From: Gemmatimonadota bacterium
Lineage (GTDB): Bacteria; Gemmatimonadota; Gemmatimonadetes; Gemmatimonadales; GWC2-71-9
DNA length: 64,000 nucleotides
Assembly (NCBI GenBank): GCA_031367105.1
Contig: JANLPG010000145.1
Location: forward strand, 48,679 to 112,678
Reading direction: 5' to 3'
A model generated the notes under the pieces. The model did not search any database. It was given only the letters and a program-made list of their open reading frames with translations, and was not told where the DNA came from. The position numbers and the translations under genes are program-made. Position 1 is the first letter of the stretch. Every line of letters starts with the position of its first letter. Below, in pieces: positions 38,758-46,855 of this stretch.

Positions 38758-40395
38758 CTACGCCACGGCATAGAGTTCAGTAACGTCGCGGCCGGCCGGC
38801 CGCGACATCAACCTGAACTCGTCCAGACGGAGCATTGGGTCGTCCCGGACCTCGAGTTCGAGCCCACCCTGGCGGCCGAGGGCGCCGACCAGCTTTGGCT
38901 CCTCTTCCAGGATGTAGAGGGCGACGTCGGGGTGCAGCCGGATCGCGAGTCGGCGCTCCTTCTGTTCGATGCCGGCCCGTTTCAGCGCCCGCTCCAGCCG
39001 GCGCGTCACGATTTCCGGGGAGAATACCCGCCCGGTCCCGTGACAGGTATTGCATTCGCGGGTCATCGAAGCCCAGAGTGAGGGGCGGACCCGCTGCCGC
39101 GTCATCTCGATCAGCCCGAGCTCGGACACGGCGAATGCCCGGGTTCGGGCCCGGTCGCGGCCCAGATGCGTCCGCAGCTCAGCGAGCACCCGATCGCGGT
39201 TCGCCTTCGACTCCATATCGATGAAGTCGGCAACGATGATGCCGCCGACATCCCGCAGCCGGATCTGCCGGGCGATCTCGCGAGCCGCCTCGACGTTGGT
39301 GCGGAGGATGGTCTTCTCCGGGTCGCGCTTGCCAGTATAGCGGCCGGTATTCACGTCGATCGAGACCAGCGCCTCGGTCGGCTGGATGATGACGTAGCCG
39401 CCGGTCGGCAGTTCCACCCGGGGCTTGAAGAGGTCACGAATCTCCTCCTCAATCCGGAACAGGTCGAAGAGCGGTTGCGGGTCCTGATAGTAGTGCACCC
39501 GATCGATCAGTTCGGGATCAATCTGTTCGAGATACTGCAGGATTTCCTGGTGGAGTTCGCGAGAATCCACCCAGAGCGCGTCGACCTTGTCGGAGAAGAC
39601 ATCGCGCACCAGGCTGCGGGTCAGCGAGGCCTCGCGATGCAGCAATGCCGGCGCCTTGCGGACGTGCTGCTCCTTCCGCTTCACCTTGGTCCAGGTCCCG
39701 ACCAGCGACTCGATTTCGCGGCGGAAGTGATCCTCCGTCACGCCTTCGGCAACGGTCCGCACGATGACCCCGCCGGCATCCTTCGGCAGGAGGCGGGAGA
39801 CCATTTCGCGCAGTTTGGTGCGTTGCTCGCGGTTCTCGATCTTGCGGGAGATGCCGACCTTGGAGGCATACGGCATGTACACGAGAAAGCGTCCGGCCAG
39901 TGAGATCTGCGCCGTGACGCGACATCCCTTGGTCGAGATCGGCTCCTTGGTGATCTGCACCGGGAGCGTCTGCCCCTTCTTGAGGATCTCCGAAATGTCG
40001 GGGACTGCGCGACGAGCGCCGACTTCGCGCTTGCCACCGACCCCGCGACGCTTGGCCGATGCCGCAGGATCCGCGGCTTCAGCACCCTCCCCCTCGCCGT
40101 CTGGGTCGGATTCTGCCCCAGCTTCCTCCTCGACGTCCTCGATTTCGGCAGGATCATCGTCTTCTTCAGGCTCCAGCAGGTCGGACGCGTGAAGAAACGC
40201 GCTCTTTTCGAGCCCGATGTCTACGAACGCTGCCTGGATGCCCGGGAGGACCGCCTCGACCCGCCCGAGGTAGACGTCACCGACTGAACGACGGTGATCC
40301 GGACGATCGACGAGGAGCTCGACCAGGCGGTCGTCCTCGAGAATTGCCACCCGCGTCTCGCGGGGGGTACCTGAGATCAGAATTTCGCGCTTCAC
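38758..40395 (-). CDS. rng: ribonuclease E/G family endoribonuclease (RNase G-sized) with acidic insert in the S1 domain
   Basis: 545 aa, GTG start with GAGGGA RBS. S1 block GDVYLGRVEAVLPGIQAAFVDIGLEKSAFLHASD, catalytic core VSIDVNTGRYTGK and GGIIVADFIDM, Zn-link-like CNTCHGTG. Confidence 0.85.
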   Translation of the reverse strand: MKREILISGTPRETRVAILEDDRLVELLVDRPDHRRSVGDVYLGRVEAVLPGIQAAFVDIGLEKSAFLHASDLLEPEEDDDPAEIEDVEEEAGAESDPDGEGEGAEAADPAASAKRRGVGGKREVGARRAVPDISEILKKGQTLPVQITKEPISTKGCRVTAQISLAGRFLVYMPYASKVGISRKIENREQRTKLREMVSRLLPKDAGGVIVRTVAEGVTEDHFRREIESLVGTWTKVKRKEQHVRKAPALLHREASLTRSLVRDVFSDKVDALWVDSRELHQEILQYLEQIDPELIDRVHYYQDPQPLFDLFRIEEEIRDLFKPRVELPTGGYVIIQPTEALVSIDVNTGRYTGKRDPEKTILRTNVEAAREIARQIRLRDVGGIIVADFIDMESKANRDRVLAELRTHLGRDRARTRAFAVSELGLIEMTRQRVRPSLWASMTRECNTCHGTGRVFSPEIVTRRLERALKRAGIEQKERRLAIRLHPDVALYILEEEPKLVGALGRQGGLELEVRDDPMLRLDEFRLMSRPAGRDVTELYAVA

Positions 40396-40933
40396 GGCAG
40401 TCCCTCGCGGAGGTCACGCGCCGCATCGCGGCACCCCCCGCGTCTCGAAGGGGCAAAGGCCGTCGCACCATCAGGGCGACGGGTCGCCGGCACACGTACC
40501 GCTCCCGTCCCGCCGCGAGGCAAGGACCGAGGCGAAGCGTCGGCGAGAGCCCCGACCACCACCGGATACGGCGGGTGACCACGGATGCGCTCGAACGATT
40601 GGCGTCGAGGGCGCCCGAGGTCCACCCGGCGGGAGCCGGGGGTCGGAGCTGTCGCAGGTCTGAAAGGCGCTGCGCAAGAGGAGCCGGACGGAGCCGGTGG
40701 AGGACACCAGAGGTGGTACATACAACCCGACGGGCCAGGGCCGAGGCCTTGCCGATGAGACCGATCCAGGCGGAGCGGAACTGGGGTTGCATAGTCGAAA
40801 TCTAGGAACCACAGTGACTTACGGCAATAGAGCTGGCCACCCCTAGTCGCCGGATGGGGCCTGTGATGCAGTCCCGCAAAAGGTATATTTGACGAATTCC
40901 GACGCCTCGTACTCCCTTGAGTGGGCCCACTAA
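40396..40933 (-). other. 538-nt non-coding region: probable long structured 5' leader of the RNase E/G gene (or an unrecognised RNA)
   Basis: No convincing ORF; only Arg/Pro-rich low-complexity frames. The sequence is GC-rich with many local inverted repeats. The only AT-rich, promoter-like patch (AAAAGGTATATTTGACGAATTC, 40879..40900) sits at the far end next to the divergent M8 gene. Confidence 0.35.
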
Positions 40934-42745
40934 ATGATGCGCAGAGCCCGTGCGATCGCGCGGATGAGCGGCATTCTCCTCCTGGCTGCCGCCTGTGGTG
41001 GCACTCCGGATCAGATCGGCCCGCCCGCGGCTGTGGAGATCGTCGCCGGGAACAACCAGTCGGCGGTAGTAGGCCAGGTGGTGCCGGTGGCCCCGACCGT
41101 GAGAGTTCGCGATGCCGGTGGCCACGGGCTGACCGCCATCGTGGTCCGTTTCACTGTGGTTGCCGGCGGAGGCAGCATTGCCGCAGACTCCGCGCTCACC
41201 GATGCCAATGGCGTGGCCGTGGCACCGGCCTGGACGCTCGGCACGACCATCGGCATCAACAGCCTGCGGGCGCAGGCCTCCGGCCTCACCGTCAGCACCA
41301 CCATCACCGCAATTGCGCTGGCTGGCCCACCAGCCTTGGTGAGCGTGGCGGCTCAGCAGATCTTCACAGCATTGGTGAGCACTGCCGTTGCGACTCGACC
41401 AACTGTGCGAGTGACCGATGCCAACGGAAATCCTGTCGCCGGCGTGACCGTGACCTTCACTGTCACCTTCAACAACGGTACGGTGACCGGCGGCACGCAG
41501 GTCACCGATGCCCAGGGTCTCGCCACGGTAGGCAGTTGGACCCTCGGCAGCGGAACCGGGCTGAACCGGTTGACGGCAACTGTCGCTGGACTGAATCCGG
41601 TGGTGTTTGAAGCGCAGGGGCTGACCTCCACTCCGTCGCTTGTGGCAGTCTCCCCCACGACACAAACCGGCTTCTTCGGTGCAATGGTCCCGCGGGTGCC
41701 TCAGGTCCGGGTGACCAACAGCCAGGGACAGATCCTCCCGAATATGCCAGTGCAGTTTGCAGTCATCAGCGGCGACGCCACCATTGTTGGTGGGCAGACT
41801 GTTTCCGACCCGGCCACTGGCATCGCGGCCCCCGCTGATTGGCGCCTCGGACTCACCGGGAACTCCGCTACCGTTGAGGCCACCATTCCCGGCTTTCCTG
41901 GCCCCCGGGTGACATTCACGAGCAGTGGCACCTTTTCCCCTTACTTGATCGACGTCCGCTTCCTGAGCACGGCGACGCCGGCACAGCGCGACGCCTTCGC
42001 CTCGGCCGCCAACCGCTGGATGCAGATCATCGTCGCCGACATTCCCGACGTCCCGATCAATCTCACCGCCGGCACCTGCGCGAACGGCAATTCCCCCGCG
42101 ATGAACGAGTCGGTCGATGATGTCGTGATCTTCGCCCAGGTCACCACCATCGACGGCCCCGGTGGCGTGCTGGGTTCCGCTGGGCCCTGCATTCGACGCA
42201 CACAGGGATTCTTCACGGCGATCGGCTCGATGCGCTTCGACGTGGCCGACCTGCTTGGGTTGCAGAACACCAACCGACTTGAGCCGGTGATCCTGCACGA
42301 GATGGCCCACGTGCTCGGCTTCGGCACGGTGTGGAGCGAACGCGGCGTGCTCGCTGGCGCCGGTGGATCGGATCCGGTGTTCACCGGAGCTGAGGCGTTG
42401 TCGCTCTGGCCGACGTTCAACCTCGGCTACACCGGCGCTCCCGTACCGGTGGAGAATCTCTTCGGTGCCGGCACCCGGGATTCCCACTGGAGGGAGAGTG
42501 TCTTCGTGAGCGAGTTGATGACCGGATTCATCGAAGCGCCGGGTGTGCCGACGCCGCTGTCGAAGATCACCATCGCTTCATTCAAGGACATCGGCTACAC
42601 CGTCAGCTACGCCACCGCCGACTCGTACGCCGGCAACCTGATGGCAGCGCTGCGTATCGCCGGTGAACGGTCGCCGATCAATGACATCGTCGAGAAGGCG
42701 CATTGGGAGGTGACGCCACTCGGTATCCTTCAGCGAATCCCCTGA
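40934..42745 (+). CDS. lipoprotein with three Ig-like repeats and a C-terminal leishmanolysin-like (M8) zinc metalloprotease domain
   Basis: 603 aa. Lipobox MSGILLLAAAC. Three repeats of about 95 aa (VAGNNQSAVVGQVVPVAPTVRVRDAGGHGL..., ...ATRPTVRVTDANGNPVAGVTVTF..., ...PRVPQVRVTNSQGQILPNMPVQF...). Catalytic block EPVILHEMAHVLGFGTVW (HExxHxxGF as in peptidase M8). Confidence 0.7.
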   Translation: MMRRARAIARMSGILLLAAACGGTPDQIGPPAAVEIVAGNNQSAVVGQVVPVAPTVRVRDAGGHGLTAIVVRFTVVAGGGSIAADSALTDANGVAVAPAWTLGTTIGINSLRAQASGLTVSTTITAIALAGPPALVSVAAQQIFTALVSTAVATRPTVRVTDANGNPVAGVTVTFTVTFNNGTVTGGTQVTDAQGLATVGSWTLGSGTGLNRLTATVAGLNPVVFEAQGLTSTPSLVAVSPTTQTGFFGAMVPRVPQVRVTNSQGQILPNMPVQFAVISGDATIVGGQTVSDPATGIAAPADWRLGLTGNSATVEATIPGFPGPRVTFTSSGTFSPYLIDVRFLSTATPAQRDAFASAANRWMQIIVADIPDVPINLTAGTCANGNSPAMNESVDDVVIFAQVTTIDGPGGVLGSAGPCIRRTQGFFTAIGSMRFDVADLLGLQNTNRLEPVILHEMAHVLGFGTVWSERGVLAGAGGSDPVFTGAEALSLWPTFNLGYTGAPVPVENLFGAGTRDSHWRESVFVSELMTGFIEAPGVPTPLSKITIASFKDIGYTVSYATADSYAGNLMAALRIAGERSPINDIVEKAHWEVTPLGILQRIP

Positions 42746-42799
42746 CCGCCGCACTGGCCGTGCCAGAAGGCAGCGATCTCCCGGCGTGCGGTCCCGCTG

Positions 42800-44146
42800 T
42801 CACTTGCTCCGCCGGCAGCGGTCACAGCCTGCACACCGCACCACTCGTTCCCCGAACCAGGCCAGTAGCGCGGCGCGGCGGCAGCCCGGGCCCCGGGCGT
42901 AGTTGAGCATTGCGTCGAGCCGGCGTTCGGCCTCGCGTCGACGACGCCGTATTGCGATCCAATCGACCCGGCCGCGGTCAGGGCGAAGCTCCTCCGCGAG
43001 CCGGTCGGCAGCCGCAAGGATCGCAGCTGGCTGCCTGACGCGCTGGGTCGGGTCGCGCCAGAGCTGCTCCAAAAGTGATTCACTCGGGAAAGTCGTGGAC
43101 AATTGCTGCCGTGGCATCACGGCATCGTGGGGGTGATAGTAGACAACGCAGTGCGCAATGTCTCCGTCCCGCCCGGCCCGCCCCGCTTCCTGATAGTACG
43201 ACTCCGGTGTGCCCGGAATGGTCCAATGCACCACCAGCCGCACGTCCGGTTTGTCGATTCCCATCCCGAACGCGCAGGTCGCCACCACCACGCGGATCTT
43301 CGCCTCCAGGAATTGTTCGAGGCACTCCGAGCGCTCCCGAGCGGTGAGGCCGGCGTGATAGACCGCGACGGCGACTCCACTCTCCTTCAGCACGCGGGCG
43401 ATGCCCTCCGTCAGACTGCGCGTCGGGGCGTAGACAATGGCTGTGCCGCGTGTTGTGCGCACCAGCACCACCAGCCGAGCGAGCCGGTCGTCACGGCTGA
43501 CGACCGGCTGGACCTCGAAACGCAGATTGCGGCGATCAAAGGAGCCAACGATTTCCGCGGAGCCACGACGGAAGCCGAGCGATCGCACGATCTCTTCGCG
43601 GACGGCCTGGGTGGCGCTGCCGGTCAGCGCGACACACGGCGGCGCACCGAGGGCAACTCGCAGCCGACGCAATACGCGATATGCGGGGCGGAAATCGTGG
43701 CCCCACTCGACAATGCAGTGCGCTTCGTCTACAGCAAGCCGCGCGACCGCGACACCGCGCACGGCAAGTTCCTCGACCAGCCGCGGCAATCGCTCGGGTG
43801 CGACATACAGGAGCCGGAGGCGACCCTGCGCCGCCTCGGCGAGGGTAGCGGACTGGGTCGCGTGATCGATCGAGCCGTTGAGCGCTGCGGCCGGCGCCCC
43901 TCGCCGCGTGAGTGCCGCGACCTGATCCTGCATCAGCGCGACCAGCGGTGATATTACGATCGTCAGGCCTGGCGCCACGAGTGCCGGTACCTGAAAGCAG
44001 ATCGACTTCCCTCCCCCCGTCGGAAGGACAGCCAGCACGTCGCACCCGGCGAGCACCGGTTCGATCACCCGTGCCTGGAGCGGGCGAAAGTCCTGGTAGC
44101 CGAAAGTCCGGCGAAGCACCTGACGGGCGACGGCGAGTGTGGGCAC
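42800..44146 (-). CDS. recQ: RecQ-family ATP-dependent DNA helicase (short form, no HRDC)
   Basis: 448 aa, GTG start. FGYQDFRPLQ, Walker A PTGGGKSICFQVPA, DEAH box VDEAHCIVEWGHDFRP, C-terminal Cys cluster CRRAALLAWFGE...CAGCDRC. Confidence 0.8.
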   Translation of the reverse strand: MPTLAVARQVLRRTFGYQDFRPLQARVIEPVLAGCDVLAVLPTGGGKSICFQVPALVAPGLTIVISPLVALMQDQVAALTRRGAPAAALNGSIDHATQSATLAEAAQGRLRLLYVAPERLPRLVEELAVRGVAVARLAVDEAHCIVEWGHDFRPAYRVLRRLRVALGAPPCVALTGSATQAVREEIVRSLGFRRGSAEIVGSFDRRNLRFEVQPVVSRDDRLARLVVLVRTTRGTAIVYAPTRSLTEGIARVLKESGVAVAVYHAGLTARERSECLEQFLEAKIRVVVATCAFGMGIDKPDVRLVVHWTIPGTPESYYQEAGRAGRDGDIAHCVVYYHPHDAVMPRQQLSTTFPSESLLEQLWRDPTQRVRQPAAILAAADRLAEELRPDRGRVDWIAIRRRRREAERRLDAMLNYARGPGCRRAALLAWFGERVVRCAGCDRCRRSK

Positions 44147-44218
44147 GCCAGAAAGTTGCGCAGCAGCGGTACCGGCGCTTGTGACGGGAAATTGCGGCGC
44201 GGCACTCCGAAACGAGGC

Positions 44219-44377
44219 TCAGGACTCCGGCGGAGTGCGCCGAGCGACAATCCGGAGGAGCAGCGCGACGCCAAGCACAGCAATCGCAGCCCAAGTCACC
44301 CGCCGGTCATCGCGCCAGAGCGCCAACACGGCCAGGAGGATGCCTGCCAGCGCGACGGGTATGCGGAGCCTGCTCAC
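44219..44377 (-). CDS. unlisted 52-codon ORF encoding a two-TM mini-protein
   Basis: Own translation: VSRLRIPVALAGILLAVLALWRDDRRVTWAAIAVLGVALLLRIVARRTPPES. The GTG at 44377..44375 forms a GTGA overlap with the enoyl-CoA hydratase stop, the same coupling used all over this window. It falls below the 60-aa cut-off of the ORF track. Confidence 0.4.
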   Translation of the reverse strand: MSRLRIPVALAGILLAVLALWRDDRRVTWAAIAVLGVALLLRIVARRTPPES

Positions 44378-45129
44378 GACTTCAGAAAAGCAGCAATTGC
44401 CTGCCGGAAATCGGGCGTGGCCCGCGAAAGTGCGTTCACCCTGGCCCCGAGCAGGATGCCCTCCTCAAACGTGCGCTCGTCGAGTCCGGTGAACAGCTGC
44501 TTCGTGAGGGCGAATGCGGTAGGGCTCTGGGTCGCGAGCTGACCGAGCAGCAGCGCCAGATCTGCCTCGAAGGTGTCGTCGGGTATGGCACGGCTGATCA
44601 GCCCCATCGTGAGCGCTTCGCTGGCCGAAATGGTCCGGCCGGTCGCTACCAGCTCGAAGGCGCGTTTCTCGCCCACGCTGCGGCGCAGTATCGTCATCAC
44701 CATCGCCGGCACGAAGCCGCGACCGATTTCAGGGTAGCCAAACGATGCCGAATCGGCCGCAACCACCAGGTCACACGCCGTCGCGAGTCCGGCGCCACCC
44801 GCCAGGGCGCGGCCGTGCACGATCGCCACCGCGGGCTTGGGCAGCCGACGCAGCACCAGGAAGATCTCACCCAGGCGAAGTGCGGCCTGTTCATTCTCTG
44901 CCAGCGACCGGTCGGCTGAGGCGAGCAGTTCGTCGAGGTCGGCTCCCGCGCAGAAGTCCTTCCCAGCGCCCCGGATGGCGACGACCCGTACGGCCGCGTC
45001 GAGTTCGGCCCGGGCCAGCGACTCCGCAAGCCCATCGAGCATCTGGACGCTGATGGCATTGCGCTTCTCAGGCCGATTGAGCGTCAGCGTCAGGACACCG
45101 TCGACCAAGGAACTGAGGAGCTCGCTCAC
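44374..45129 (-). CDS. enoyl-CoA hydratase/isomerase (crotonase) family protein
   Basis: 251 aa. LNRPEKRNA, RGAGKDFCAGADL, HGRALAGGAGLATACD, PEIGRGFVP. Confidence 0.85.
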   Translation of the reverse strand: MSELLSSLVDGVLTLTLNRPEKRNAISVQMLDGLAESLARAELDAAVRVVAIRGAGKDFCAGADLDELLASADRSLAENEQAALRLGEIFLVLRRLPKPAVAIVHGRALAGGAGLATACDLVVAADSASFGYPEIGRGFVPAMVMTILRRSVGEKRAFELVATGRTISASEALTMGLISRAIPDDTFEADLALLLGQLATQSPTAFALTKQLFTGLDERTFEEGILLGARVNALSRATPDFRQAIAAFLKS

Positions 45130-45479
45130 GACAGCTGCTCTCGGGCACGCTTGGCAATCCTTCGGGGCACCTCAACCTCCATCCGAAGCAGTGCCGTGGA
45201 ATACACCTTTCCCTGGGCATCGGTCTTCAGGGAGAGCGTGCCGCCACCATCGAGCGCCCCGTGGAGCAGGAAGTTCAGCGCGTTGAGATTCGGGAGTTCG
45301 AAGCGCTCCACGCCGCTGACCATACCCTTGAAGTGCTTGGCAACGCGCTTGCGGGTGACTTGCTCCACGAGGATGGGGTAGAACTCCGGCTCGAGGGCGA
45401 TCAGGCCGACGTTTGCGGTGTCGCCTTTGTCGCCCGAGCGCGCGTGCGCAAGAAATCGCAGCTGGACCATTGTTGCCAT
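45126..45479 (-). CDS. AtuA C-terminal (ferredoxin-fold) domain protein: small half of a split AtuA
   Basis: 117 aa. ...LAHARSGDKGDTANVGLIA...RFELPNLNALNFLLHGALDGGGTLSLKTDAQGK... resembles the C-terminal roughly 100 aa of full-length AtuA proteins. Its ATG shares one nucleotide with the upstream stop. Confidence 0.6.
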   Translation of the reverse strand: MATMVQLRFLAHARSGDKGDTANVGLIALEPEFYPILVEQVTRKRVAKHFKGMVSGVERFELPNLNALNFLLHGALDGGGTLSLKTDAQGKVYSTALLRMEVEVPRRIAKRAREQLS

Positions 45480-46855
45480 CAGACCATCTCCACGCGGACG
45501 AAGGGTTCGATCCTGTCGCGATCCATCAACGCGGGCCAGTACGCGACGATTTCCTCAACCGCTGGGCGTCCCCCGGCGAAGCCGGTGACGCTCGGAGGTC
45601 CAGTCAGTACCAATGGTGCGATCTCGCGTGTGAATCGTTCCACCGCCGCTCGGTCGCCACCTCGCACCCCGATGCGCAACATCACTTCCGCCAGGTCGGG
45701 GGATGGAGTCCCTGCCAGGCGACCGTGCGTTGCGTCCACACCCACATATTCGGTGAGGATCTGCTCAAAGGAGAGTCCGAGCGCAGTCAACCGCTTGCGG
45801 AGGATGCGGTCGGCTGCCTTGGCCTTGTCGAGGGCATCGGGCCAGGAGTAGACCAGCGAGCCGATCGCCTTATAACCGTAAAAGTACGCCACCGACACCT
45901 TGAGGAGTGGAGTCCGCGGTCGCCCCTGAATCCCGGAGACTCGCACCCGATTCTTTCCGACTTTCTTGAGCCGGATCGTGGTGAAATCGACGATGCCGTC
46001 GGGGGTGATGTAATTCGCGGGATCGCCCATCTCGTAGACGAGCTGCTCGCTCACCGATGGCACGCTGACGACGCCACCGGTTCCCGGATGCTTGGTGACC
46101 ACAAAGGAACCATCGGCCGACGCCTCGACCAACGGAAACCCAACGTCTTCAAGGCGCTTCACGGAACGCCAGTCGCGCAGCAGATTGCCCCCTGAACTCT
46201 GCGCGCCACACTCGAGGATATGCCCGGCAATCGTGCCGGCGGCGATCCGGTCCCAGTCATCGGCTGCCCATCCGAACTCGTGGACCAGCGGCCCGAGGGT
46301 GAGACCGGTGTCGGTGACTCTCCCGGTGATCACGATGTTGGCGCCGCGATCGAGCGCCTCTGCCACCGGCGCCATTCCGAGGTATGCATTGGCGGAGCGG
46401 ACCCGATCGCGCACATCGGAAAGCGGTCGGCCGGTATCCATATTCGAGAACGCCTCACCTTCACCGATGAGGCGATCGAGCCGATCGAGGAGGTCGTCTC
46501 CCGTCACCAGCGCGATCCGGATTCGATCGCCAACGCCAAGGCGTTCTGCCGCAGCGCGCACGGCCTCGGCGCAGCCACGCGGGTTCACACCGCCAGCGTT
46601 GGAGATCACCCGGATGCCGCGCTCGGCGACATCGGGGAGGATCCGCTCCATCTGGCCCACAAAGTCGCGGGCATAGCCCGCGCTGGGATCGCGGGATCGC
46701 TGCTTCTGCAGGATCGACATCGTGACCTCAGCCAGATAGTCCAGCACGAGATAGTCGATCGGGCCGCCCTGTACCTGGCGCATCGGCGCCTCGAGCCAGT
46801 CTCCCCAGAACCCCTGCCCGGCGGCGATGCGAACCGTCTGCTTCCGTTCCTTCAC
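45479..46855 (-). CDS. acyclic-terpene-utilisation AtuA-family protein (DUF1446), large half
   Basis: 458 aa. [11 protein letters not shown]...[17 protein letters not shown]...NAGG.NP...ITGRVTD...[12 protein letters not shown] is the typical DUF1446/AtuA pattern. GTGA overlap with the S8 gene stop. Confidence 0.7.
   Translation of the reverse strand: MKERKQTVRIAAGQGFWGDWLEAPMRQVQGGPIDYLVLDYLAEVTMSILQKQRSRDPSAGYARDFVGQMERILPDVAERGIRVISNAGGVNPRGCAEAVRAAAERLGVGDRIRIALVTGDDLLDRLDRLIGEGEAFSNMDTGRPLSDVRDRVRSANAYLGMAPVAEALDRGANIVITGRVTDTGLTLGPLVHEFGWAADDWDRIAAGTIAGHILECGAQSSGGNLLRDWRSVKRLEDVGFPLVEASADGSFVVTKHPGTGGVVSVPSVSEQLVYEMGDPANYITPDGIVDFTTIRLKKVGKNRVRVSGIQGRPRTPLLKVSVAYFYGYKAIGSLVYSWPDALDKAKAADRILRKRLTALGLSFEQILTEYVGVDATHGRLAGTPSPDLAEVMLRIGVRGGDRAAVERFTREIAPLVLTGPPSVTGFAGGRPAVEEIVAYWPALMDRDRIEPFVRVEMV

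Noticed and set aside
40277-40792. 171-aa and 109-aa (40392..40721) minus-strand ORFs covering the rng leader.
   Set aside because: They are about 20% Arg and Pro/Ala/Gly-rich, with no hydrophobic core pattern or motif. The 171-aa ORF overlaps rng out of frame by 119 nt. They are mentioned in the leader finding only as an unexcluded uORF possibility.
40396-40933. Possibility that the 538-nt gap encodes RNase P RNA, tmRNA, SRP RNA or a cobalamin riboswitch.
   Set aside because: I looked on both strands for GAGGAAAGTCCGGGC / ACAGAACCCGGCTTA (RNase P), for a GGGG...tRNA-like 3' end with GGTTCGA and CCA context (tmRNA), for AGGTCCGGAAGGAAGCAGC (SRP), and for the B12 box. None was found. This by-eye search is not exhaustive.
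42746-42799. Terminator between the convergent M8 and recQ genes.
   Set aside because: Only short, branched pairings are possible (CCGCAC/GTGCGG with a 31-nt loop; TGCC-AGAA-GGCA). There is no clean stem-loop or U tract.
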